From assembly GCA_013239625.1 (NCBI GenBank), contig MU054338.1, positions 3,993,371 through 4,057,370 of the forward strand: a DNA stretch of 64,000 bases. Reading direction: 5' to 3'. A model generated the notes under the pieces. The model had not been told where the DNA came from, did not search any database, and was given only the letters and a program-made list of their open reading frames with translations. This document shows, piece by piece, positions 12,370 to 23,505 of the stretch (its first letter is position 1; each line of letters begins with the position of its first letter). The DNA is from Lama guanicoe (lineage: Eukaryota). The translations under genes were made by a program, and so were the position numbers.

Positions 12370-12905
12370 CCTCCACTCTCAGAATTTACCCTACAGAAAC
12401 ACACGCTGGAAAGGTATGTGGACACACACTGTTCACCAATGTGCATAACAGCATGATTCTTAAGAGCGTCAAAGTAGAAACAACTCAAATGTCTGTAAGC
12501 TGATTAAGCAAAATGTGGTCCAAGCATACAGTGGAACATTACTCAGCCATGAAAAGGAGAGAAGCTCTGACATTCGCTACAACGTGGATGGACCTTGAGA
12601 ACACAATGCTCAGTGACAAAAGCAGACACAAAAGGACATACAGCGTGTGGTTCTACGTGAAACGTCCAGAACAGGCCAATCCAGAGAGACAGAAAGTGGA
12701 TCTGTGGTTGCTGAGGGCTGGGGAAATGGGGAATGGACAGTGACTGTTAATGGGCACATGGTTTCTCCTTGGCATGATGGAATGTTCAGGAGTTAGTGGT
12801 GATGGCTCTACAACTCTCTGGCTATACTGAAAACCACTGAACTGTACACTTTAAATGGATCAACTTTACAGTATATGAATTATCTCTCAATAAAGTTGTA
12901 AAAAA
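12370..12905 (+). mobile_element. L1M 3' fragment
   Basis: ORF HTVEHYSAMKRREALTFATTWMDLENTMLS resembles the ORF2p C-terminus. Ends GAATTATCTCTCAATAAAG plus an A tail. Confidence 0.8.
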
Positions 12906-13784
12906 AATATGGGCAAAAAAGAACAAGGTACCTTCCCCAAGACAGATCTTCAAGACACACAGTGCCTGGCCCAGAACAGACTCTCAAATACTTGAAGAAT
13001 GAATCTATGTAAAAAAAATGCAACTATATATGCTCTAAAATAGGTAAATTCATTAAAAAGGTCTGGAAGGACACACACGGTATTACTAACAGGGCTTATC
13101 TCATGGGAGGCGAAGGAGAGAGGAGGATCAGGAGAAACTTCCATTTCTTAATGACTTCTGCAGATGACGGTCCTTTATAGGAGCAAGATTTTTGTATAAC
13201 TTACATATCCTTTAAAGAATGGTGCTACCTCTGTAAGCCCTCGGAGGCACGTGGGCTCGTGTGAACACGCAGCTGCGCCCGCAGGCTGCTGTCTGCGCAG
13301 GGAAGCCCGCTGCTCAGCCCACCTGGTCTGCCGGGCGCTGCTGCTCTTACGACCGAAGCCTTTACTGTTCATTCAGCATCCAACACAAAAAGAAGCCTTA
13401 CTGGGTAAGTCAACTGTGGGACATTCTCTCGGTGGAGCATGACCTTGCAGTAAAAAGAGCAAATCCCTGAAACACACACCAGCATGATGGATTTCAGATG
13501 CTTTCCGCTGAGTGAGAGAAGCCAGTCTCAAGAGCCATGTGCTGTGTGTCTCTGCGTACGTGACACTGCGATGAAGGCGAGGCTACAGGGACAGGGAGCA
13601 GCGTGGGGCAGCAGGGGGACAAGGGTGGGGCAAGGGTCTTACTGCAGATGGCCAGCTCAAGGGACCAGGCTGGGGCGTTGGGGTTGTTCTCTGCCCCTTT
13701 GGTGGGGGGTGGTTGCAAGGATCTACGTGCGTGTGAAAACTCACAGAGCGGTATGGAAATGTAAACTAGGAGTGAGCCAAAGGA

Positions 13785-14260
13785 ACAGACTGATTTACTG
13801 AGGGCCAGGCATTGGCTGAGGCTCTGAGGATTCAAAGGTGTTGACAGCTCTGCTCCTGGGGCGCTGACATCCTTGGGCAGGGGAGTCAGACAAGATACCA
13901 GTCGCCAGAGACACAAGGTTATTTCAGGAAGACCTGGCAGGGGGACAGAGCTAGGGGTGGTGGGGGAGACGGGGGTCCCAACTTCTTGGCAGGCCAGTTG
14001 AAGGTGCCGTGGAGGATGGTGTTGATCTGAGAGCAGACCAGACATGGGGAGAGGTGGGAGTGAGCCCTCCTGGCACAGGGAGCAGCAGGTGCAAAGGCCC
14101 TGTGGCAGAGGAGGGCAGGGCTGCTGCAGGGTCAGCAGAGAACCCAAGGGCACCTCCAGAAGTCTGGGGTTTATTCCAATTCCTGAGGGAAGCCCCAGGT
14201 GGGGGCACAATATGATCTGACTTATCTTCCTAAAAGAGCCCTCTTTTTAGATTGTTAGGA
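13785..14260 (-). mobile_element. L2 remnant
   Basis: ATTTACTGAG…GCAGGTGCAAAGGCCCTGTGG…ATGATCTGACTT. Confidence 0.65.
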
Positions 14261-14779
14261 GAAAGAGTGAAAGCAGGAAACCACAGAGGAAGCTCCCACA
14301 GCACTTACTATTTAAAAGTTTCAATGATAATTAATGCTTAAGTTCCTAATTGAGCTTCTTAAGACCTATATATGGAAGCTGGGCAGGAAAAATACCATTC
14401 TATGAAGAAGCTAAGTAACATTCATCCCAGTACATGAAGGGTTAACTAATTAACTATTTAGTTAACAGGAAAGTAAATGACAGCTTCTACAATTTAAATG
14501 CAGGTAATTATACACTTTGATCACAGCCCACAAGCAACAGCTGGCTTATGAATCCAGTGTGAATTGTCCCTACTGACTTATAAACACCATTATCCAAAGA
14601 AATAAATTCTTTATGAGTGTGCACTCAGTTTTTAAAAGGGGCACATAAAAGAGGAGACAGGAAATGAACAAGGCGTTGAATCTGCCGTTCGGTTACAGTT
14701 ACTCACTGTTAGGGATCAGTACAGTACACTGATTTCAATCAGGCGTGGGCCAACTTTCTATAAAGGGCCAGAGAATAAA

Positions 14780-15925
14780 TGTTCGTGGCCCTGACCATCT
14801 ACTTCCTGTCTCTATGCATTTGACTCCTCTAGGGACTTCATATAAGTGGAATCATACAGTATTTGTCCTTTTGTCACTGGCTTATTTCTCTGAGCATCAT
14901 GTCCTCAAGGTTCATCCATGTCGTGGCAGGTGTCAGCATTTCCTCCCGTTTTAAGGCTGAGTAATGTTCCACTGTGTGGATGGACTACATTTGGTCTATC
15001 CGTTCGTCTTTCAATGAACTCTTGGGCTGTTTCCATCTTTGGGCTCCTGTGATAGTGCTGCTGTGAACATGGGTGTGCCAGTGTTTGTCTAAGTCTCCAG
15101 GTATTATTCTAGAAGAGGAATGGCAGGATTGAATGGTAATTCCATGTTTAACCTTTTTAGGAACCACCACACTGTTTTCCACAGCAGCTGCACCATTTTA
15201 TATTCCCCTGGGAGCGTGCAAGGGTTCCAACCACTCCACATCATTGACGATGCTTATTATTTTCTGGGTTTTTTTTTCATTTTTTCAATAGTAGCCATCC
15301 TAATGGTGTGAAGTGGTATCTCACTGTGGTTTTGATTTTTATTTTTGACAATGAGTGATGTTAAGCATTTTTTCACGTGCTTATTAGCCATTTGTATATC
15401 CTCTTTGGAGAAATGTCTGTTCAAATGTTTGTCCATTTCTTAATCAGGCTAAGTGGGGTTTCTTTGGTGTTATTGTTGAGTTGTAGGTGTTCTTTATATA
15501 GTCTGGATAGTAACCCCTTATGAGGTATATGATTTGCAAACATTTTTCTCCCATTCCATGGGTAGCATTTTCACTCTGTTGATAATGTCCTTTGAAGTAT
15601 AAGAGTTTAAAATTTTCATGGTGTCCAATTTCTCTATTTGTTTTTTCGTTTGTTGCCTCCGCCTTTGGTGTCAAATCCAAGGAATCATTGCCAAATCCCA
15701 TGTCATGAAGAGTTCCTCCCATGTTTTCTTCTACGAGTTTTATCATTTTAGCTCTTACATTTCGATCTTTGACTCATTTTGAGTTAATCTCTGTATGTGG
15801 TGTAAAGCAGATAACGATCCCACTTCACTCTTTTGCATGTGGATAACCGGTTTCCCAAGATCATTGGCTGAAGCACCTGTCCTTTCCCCACTGAATGGTC
15901 TTGGCATCCTTGTTGGGGTCAATTT
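14780..15925 (-). mobile_element. L1M (L1MB-like) fragment
   Basis: About 1.1 kb of degenerate ORF2 3' end and 3' UTR (GTGGTATCTCACTGTGGTTTTGATT, TTTGGAGAAATGTCT). Confidence 0.85.
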
Positions 15926-18574
15926 TTATAACCAAGTAATTAAAGTTAAGTAATAACACATGAGGATCTAATCTTGCCAGAAAGAGCACCACAAAAGTGA
16001 ATTTGTGAAAGAAGCCGACATAAATTAGATGAGTTCTGCTTTTCTGCTTCAATATCAGTGGCCACATCTGTGCAGACCCCTTATTCCTGCGTCCAGTGGG
16101 GACTTCCTCACTATTATTTCCATCCGGAATTTGAGTGAAGCTGACTCCCAGCGCTCTACAGAGGTACATACACACAGGAGGGTCCCTTCCCTGCCTTTTC
16201 TGTTTACTATCAAGTGTTCGATTTTGACCTCATTCTTGCTCTTCTATTTTTAAAACCTAGAGGATACTTGGAAAGTGGTTTCTTTCCTCTGCAATATGCC
16301 TGTTCACACGATGACAGCAGGTTCCTGTAACTAGGTCTGAGGACTCAGCAGGGGTTGTACTTCGGGGAATCCGTGAACCTGAACTTGAACGTGAAATTCC
16401 AGTCGGAGCACAAGTGTCTGTGCCTGTTCTTCTGGGAGAAACTCCCAGCTTTCAGCAGACTCTGACAGAGGCCCGGGCTGAAGAAAGGAGAAGAACCACT
16501 GGGCTATATGTTTGGTTTTTTTTTAAACTTCACAAATTCGAGGACTCCAGTTAGACAAGCCTTGGAGGACCCAGGCAGGTCAGCAGTCTTTAGGAGAAAT
16601 GGACACAATTAATTCACTCCCTGGAGGGGGTGGAGCGTTGGCCGTGCCTGCCCCTCCCACCACCACAGAAGGCAGACAGGGCCAGATGGCGGTCACAGGA
16701 GGGGAGGGTCACCTGCCCTGTCTCTAGCAGGAAGCCACAGCTTGGAGGTGGCTAGACTGTTCGGCCATCACGCCATCTTTTGGGATTCAAACAGTCCAGG
16801 AAGGGATCGTGCTGATAATTAGCCCATCCTTCAATGACCACCTTGGTGGTAATTAACCAACCCACAGGCCACCAAGCCCAGGAATGCCGCAGATCTGAGG
16901 AACTCCAAGAGAGAAACCTCGGCCAGCAGGTAATTAAGGGGAGAAGAGCAATGTTGTGGGTTGTTTTTTTTTTTTTCCACATCCACCCTAACTGAATAGG
17001 ACCGAGGAAGCAGACATGATTTGGCATCGATTTGGCATCTGTGGTGGCCCTTTGGTGGCTGACACTAACCAGCGCTGCGGTGAAGAGCTCAAGGTGAGCC
17101 CACTTAACTCCTACCCCAGGGAAGCAGTCCCAGCTCCTCCTGGGGGTCTAGCAGCCATTCCAGCAGTGTCTCCACTCTCAAAAATTCAGCTAGGACCAAC
17201 GATTGCGAAGTTACGGGGAAGTCATCCCAAGGCGGGTTTTAGCTCTATGTGAATGGGCTGAAATGTGGAAATAGTCAGCTTTCTTGATCTCTAAAAGCTG
17301 ATTTTTTTAAATTGATTGGCCATTCCACATTTTAATTTCTTACATCTCACTGTTCGAGAGGGTTCCAATACTGAGGCAACGGTTTCAGATGCTGGGTTTC
17401 CCACAAGAGCAGAAATTCATTTCAGAAATTACCCATGGGTGACCTGACTGGCGCACCAAATTCCAGAGTCAGTGCGATCTGCCGAGGGATACTAGTCCTC
17501 GGGTGACAGCCACTGGGGCCGACTGTCGGCAACCAGAAGAGAGGAACCCAGACTTCCTCGGGAACCCTGAGTGTTGTCTAAACCTCAGCCCGGCTCTCTG
17601 GGGCCAGAAAGATGGGGAGGATGCCAGGAGAGATGCTGAATGTGGAGGTAATGCTGGGACCTGGGAAACGCACCGTCTCACAGATGTTAGGAGGCCAAGG
17701 GGATTCAGCCTGCAGGATGCATGTGGCCAGACCAGGGCTCTTTTAATTATAGCAAACAGGAGAGGATAATACAGTAAACACTATTCCCTTTACCTTAAAG
17801 GAAGTGAAAAGTAATGTTAAAAGTGCTGGGAAGTCACGGGTCCTCCCCTCCAAATCACACCTCTGAACCGGCGTCGGGTCCACAAACGCCTGATGCTGTG
17901 CTGAGGGCCAGTCAGACGTAACCTGCGCTGCGTCAGACCGGCCGCTGGTTGGCTTTTTCTGTTTAGGGTCCAACAGCCAATATTGCAGGCTCTGCGGGTT
18001 GGATATGCTCAGTGGAGACTACTCAGCCCCTCCAACGTAGGGCGAAAGCAGCCCCAGATGTTACGGACACAGGTGAGCACATCTGTGGGCCAATGAACCT
18101 TCACTCTTGGACACTGCAATGTGAGTTTCATACGATTTCATGGGTTCCAATACATTATGCTTCTGTTTGGGTTTTTCCCCCAACCACTTAAAAATGTACA
18201 AAATCATTCTTATCTCTAAGAGAGAGCCTAAAAATGATTCTGGATAAACAGATGGACAGGTAATCAAGCAGGCCATGTGATGACAAACTACATTCTAGAA
18301 ATCTCAGTGGCCAGAGGCTCAAGGACACTCTGAGGGTGACAGCCCATGCCCCTGTCATGTCTCTCCCCTGGAGCAGGAGGACGCAGTGTCGGGAAGTCTC
18401 TGGAATGACATGCCCACAGGCTAGAGCGGGAGCCATGTCAGGAGGCAGAGGGGACCAGCGCTCAGGTCCTGTGTGGATCCTGACCCCTGCCTCCCCCACG
18501 TAACACTGACCTGCACCCCTGAACCTTTATGATTCAGAGGTCTTGTGGATCTGTGGATACAAGAAGACGGTAAA

Positions 18575-19405
18575 AGAGGATACCTTTGAACAGACATTTC
18601 TCCAGAGGAGGTCTACAAGTGGACAATATGCAAATGAAGACATGCCCAACATGGTCAGTCATTTGGAAAATGAAATTTAAAACCACAACTAGAGACCGCT
18701 TCACACCTACTAGGTTGGCTACAATAAAAACAAGGGAAAATAAGACGTGTTGGTGAGGATGTGGGGAAACTGGAGCCCTCCTACACAGCTGGTGGGAATG
18801 GAAAGCGGTGAGGCCGCTGTGGAAAACATTTGGCATTCCCCCAGGAGCTAAACGTGGAGTCGCCGTGTGACCCAGCAACTCCACTCCCAGGTCTACACCT
18901 GGGACAAATGAACATCTATGTCCACACAAGGACTTGTCCACAGGTGTTCAGAGCAGTGTTACTCGTAATAGCCCCAAAGGAGAAACAACCCGAATGTCCA
19001 TCAGTGGATGAATGGGTAAGTAAATCGTGGTCCAACCATACAACAGAGTATTATTCAGCCATAAAAGGGAAGGAAGCCTTGTCACTCACTACAACGTACG
19101 TGAACTTCAACCCATTATGCTCAGGGGAAGAAGCCAGTCCCAAAAGGCCAAGTGTTCTATGATTCCATTGTCGGAAATGCCCAGAACAGGCCACTCCACT
19201 GAGACAGGAAGTAGATTAGTGGCTGCCAGGGCTGGAGGGCCGGGGCAGGGACTGTTAAGGGGCACGAGGTTTGCTCGGTGGGGGTGAGGGGAGGAAAAGT
19301 TCTAGAATTAGAGAGTGATAGAGGTTATGTCACAGTGCGAACATCCCCAAGAGCTGCACGGTACTTTAAAACAATGAGTCTTATGTGAATTTTATCTCAA
19401 TGACA
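18575..19405 (+). mobile_element. L1M (L1MB-like) 3' fragment
   Basis: CAGACATTTCTCCAGAG…GACCCAGCAACTCCACTCC…TATTCAGCCATAAAAGG…ATGTGAATTTTATCTCAAT. Confidence 0.85.
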
Positions 19406-19988
19406 AGAAAGTGACAGGGCAAGCATGGGTGAACGCGAGACGAGAGCGGATGGACGCTGTGCAAACCAACATGTCCCCATGCTCTCACCCAGGCAGAAAC
19501 GGGGCGCGGAACCGCTCCAACAAGGAGGAAGCTGGGCCTGACAAGCTGCTAGGTCACAATTCTTTACGACGCTTTCAGGAGCAAGCTCGGTTAACAAACA
19601 AAAACACTCCTTACACGCTACTCCTGAGAGACTTTCTGTTTGAAAACCTCAGTGACGTAGGGTGAGATGTTAGGAAGTCTGTTTTCAAAATGCCAGAACA
19701 TTTGGCCAAACGTGTCCCGTAAACAGCACCAATCGTGGGGAAGGAGTGAGGAATGAACAGCGAGAGGCAGGTTCTCACCATCGGGAATCTGAAATGAGAC
19801 TATGTCCCAGAACCTCCCTCTGGAGGATAAAGAAGCGATCGTTTCCAGAAGATTCGACATTCATGAAACTCGAACAAAGGTAAACCAGATCAGGTCAGTG
19901 TCTCAGGAGTCTTAGAGGCCATTAAAAAGAAAAGTATGATTCATTAAATTTACAGTGGGGGAAATCTTCGATTAAGGATGGATAACTT

Positions 19989-20142
19989 GGGGTGGGTTTA
20001 GCTCAGTGGTGGAGCATGTGCTCAGCAGGTACGAGGTCCTGGGTTCAACCCCCAGTACCTCCACTTAAAAATACCCAAACAATAAATAAATAAACCTAAT
20101 TATTCCTCCCAAAACAAACAAAAGAGTTTTTTTTTTATTAAA
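19989..20142 (+). mobile_element. tRNA-Ala-derived SINE with 15-bp target-site duplication
   Basis: TSD AAGGATGGATAACTT (19974-19988) / AAGGATGAATAACTT (20143-20157). Confidence 0.9.
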
Positions 20143-21269
20143 AAGGATGAATAACTTTATTCCACTCAACAAGAATTCTGGTTTTAAACCATTGGTGTGG
20201 AGTTAAGAGGTGTCTACACTATGAGAAGTCAGTGACACAGGGGGACAGAGGTTGGCTCCCCTGGGAGCTGGCGAGGGCAGACATGGCCACCGGAGCACCA
20301 GTCCCTGGCTGGCACCAGGGGATGTGCGCTGGCCCTTGGGGACAGGTCTCCTGCTGCAACAGCGGCAGTGTGAATGCTTTGGTGGCCTGTCACGGTAGCA
20401 AAGAGGTGAAAACCACGTATCAACAGGGAACTCAGAGGGGTGGGAAAACATCGTTGCTGGGTGAGAGACAGCTCAGAGTCAAGTTAACAAGCATGAACTT
20501 GTGTTGGCACAAACCGGCCAAGCCACGGAGCCTCCTCAAGAGGCCCCTGCGGCCACGAGTGCAGCTCGGGGCGACAGACTGGGTCTGAGTCACCCGCATG
20601 TGGGCTGTGACGTGGACAGAGCAGGACTGACAGGGAACAAGTTTCAGAAGCAGGGGCTGGTCCAGGGAGAGGCTGCCAGGCGTCCTGGAACCTCCCGAAT
20701 CACAGGCAGAACACGAGGGTGCGTCTGTTGTGTGTTTCCGGCGGGAGGACACACGTGTTCACCTGACTGTCAGAAGGCCCGAGACCCGATGTTCTCTTAA
20801 GGGGACCTGGAGTCAAGGCACCTTGTAAAGGGCGCCACGTGGGTAGGGGTGGGGTTGGCGGTGTGGTTTCAGGCAAGGACACAGGGGGACGTGACCTCCA
20901 CTGCGGGACTGCAGCGTGAGTGTGAAAGGGAGCTGGTGCAAAGGGAAGGGAGCCCTTCCAACCGGCAAGTCCCCTTCTGAGAGTCTGCAAACGTCTCCCG
21001 CAGGCGCATAAACATACTCGGACAAGGAAGTTTCCTGAAGCAACGTCAGTAAAAGCGAAAAAGGGTAAATGAACTGCCCCTCATAAGGAGCCAATTAAAT
21101 ACCCCAGGACACGTCCGCCTGGTGGGATCTCACATAGGAATGTGGAAAAGACGCAGCACACACACAGAGGACAAGGAAAGATACAAACTAAACACTAGCT
21201 GAAAGCAGCAGGTCGCAGAAAACTGGGCATGATACAATCCTCTCCTTTTTTTTTTTTTTGCTTGCATCA

Positions 21270-21620
21270 GAGGAATGAAGCTCTGACACACACCACAGGA
21301 TGGATGAACCTTGAAAACATGCTACTCAGTGAGAGGACCCATCACAAAAGGCCAGAGTGAATGATTCCACGGATGTGAAATGTCCAGAACAGGCAAATCC
21401 ACAGAGACAGAGAGTGGGTTGAGTGGGTTGTGAGGGGCTAGGAAGGAGCTGGGGGTGACTGCTCTTGGGGACAGGGTTTTGTCCTGGGGTGATGAAATGT
21501 TCTGGGACTAGACGGTGGTGGTGGCTGCATCGCCTTGTAAATATACTGAAAACCACAACATTGTACACTTTATGAAGGGGTGACTTTTATGATATGTGAA
21601 TTACATTTCAATTAAAAAAT
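21270..21620 (+). mobile_element. L1M 3' fragment
   Basis: GGATGAACCTTGAAAACATG…CAGAGACAGAGAGTGG…ATGTGAATTACATTTCAAT. Confidence 0.8.
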
Positions 21621-22089
21621 AATGAAGTAGCACTGAGTATGTTTCATCTGCATACAAAATGTCTGAAAGGATCGACTCTGAACTCTGCCAGCGGAGGGAG
21701 GGGCAGGAGGAGAGGAGAGGGGGAGCCAGAGGCTCTCTCGTCCCTTTTCACTTTTTCGTACCAGTTGGATTTTTTACAGTGAAAAGATAGGACTTCCGTG
21801 ATGGAAAAGAGGAAGTCAACAGGTTTAGGGGGCCTGTCCATAAGGATCCCAAAGTCCCTAAATGGTCACAAGGGAATTCTGGGATCAAATTGCCCAGTGG
21901 CCCGGAGTGGACACCTGTTTGCAAAGTCCAATCAAGATCCTTTGGGAAAATGGCAAACATTCGAGTCGGGGGACCTGTGCTACGCAGCCCTGTGAGCGAC
22001 TTCAAACTGTGAGGCTGTGAAATATTGAACACGGTAAGCAGCTCAGCTGCTGGCCCTTTTAAAGAGCAGGGATTGGGGGTGGTGACATG

Positions 22090-22270
22090 AGGAGGGTATA
22101 GTTCAGTGGTAGAGTGTGTGCCTAGCATGCAGAAGGTCCTGGGTTCAATCCCCAGTACTTCCACTAAAAATAAATAAATAAAACCTCATTAACTCCCCTC
22201 ACAAAATCCAAATTAAAAAAAAATATTTAAAAAAATGATACCTAAAAAAAAAAATAATACCTTAAAAAAA
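22090..22270 (+). mobile_element. tRNA-Ala-derived SINE
   Basis: GGAGGGTATAGTTCAGTGGTAGAG…GGTCCTGGGTTCAATCCCCAG with an extended A-rich tail. Confidence 0.88.
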
Positions 22271-22324
22271 GAGTATGGGTGACCTCAAGATCCTGTCTGT
22301 CTTCATGTTAACGCTCTTCCCTGC

Positions 22325-22610
22325 ACCGCCGGCCACCGTGGCTACTGAGCTCTTGGAATGCGGCCCATTCGAATGGAGATGTGCCATGGGTGCCAAACAC
22401 ACACTGGGCTTCAGAGACTTAACACACCAGGATGTGCGCTATCTCAATGAAAACTGCTTCATATTGACGCTGTGTTACAGTAACAATATTTTGGACCTAC
22501 TGGATTAAAAAAATTTATTATTTAATTAATTTCCCCTCTTTTTACTTTGCAAAAGGTAGCTAATAGAAACTTTAAAATTACACACACAGCTTCCATGACA
22601 TCTCAATTGC
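22325..22610. mobile_element. MER3-like hAT MITE
   Basis: GTGGCTACTGAGC…GAGATGTGC…AATATTTTGGAC…AGAAACTTTAAAATTACA. Confidence 0.65.
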
Positions 22611-23194
22611 ACAATCGCAGTTCAGCAGACTCTGAGAATAAATCACCCAACTGTGAAATCACAAATATCTTATGAAGCCTTGTTCTACTGGAAAGTAGGC
22701 AAAATGCTTTTAGAGCACGATTAGATCTTGATCTAGTAAGAACTGGGGTCAATTCAACAAATCATTACTCTATTTGGTGTCGTGCAGAGACAGTCAGACC
22801 TGGTCTCTGTCCTCAAGGTTCTTGTACCACATGAGAGAGAAAAGGAGACACAAATAACTCCTCTGTGGCAAAGGTGACAGGTGCAGACTCCAGGCGGAAC
22901 TCAGTACCATGAATGATGGGGCGGGGAATCTGGGAAGGTCTCATCCTGAACCCGGCTGTCCGGGCAGGACCATCCCACAGCGGGGTTTGGGGAGGGGTGG
23001 GGGCAGACGGGGCGGGCGGACTAGTTCAAGAGCTGGAGCCAGGCACAGGCAGGGTGTGTCCCGGGGGTGGGGCAGGTGGAAGAACGGCAAGTGGGCCGAG
23101 CTGGCTGGAGCAGAGGGCGCGGCCTGAGGGTTCTTGGGGGGGGGGGAACGGGCTGCGAACGCCGGGCGGAGCCCCTGCGTGCCATCCTCTCTCA

Positions 23195-23505
23195 CAGGGC
23201 AGAGGTCGGCAAACCATGGCCCACGCCCGGGCCAAGTCCGGCTCAGTCTGCTGCCTGATCTTGCACGGTCCACAAGCTAAGAATGATTTTCACATTTTCC
23301 AATGGTTGAACAAAATACCAGAGTCAAAATATTTTCTGACACCTGAAAATTACATGAAATTCACATTTCAGCACCCACAAGTAAAGTTTATTGGCACACG
23401 GCCACTGCCATTCAGAGCGGGCAGTTGCAGTAGGGGCCGTCTGGCCCACCCAGACACCTAAAATATTTACTATCTGGTCCTTTATGGAGAAGGTTCGACG
23501 CCCTC
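23195..23505 (+). mobile_element. hAT-Charlie MITE (MER58-like)
   Basis: CAGAGGTCGGCAAACCATGGCC…TAAAATATTTACTATCTGGTCCTTTATGGAGAAGGTT. Confidence 0.75.

Noticed and set aside
12513..12743. ORFs resembling the L1 ORF2p C-terminus (also 18830-19162, 45872-46153, 51862-52182)
   Set aside because: Decayed retrotransposon fragments, not host genes.
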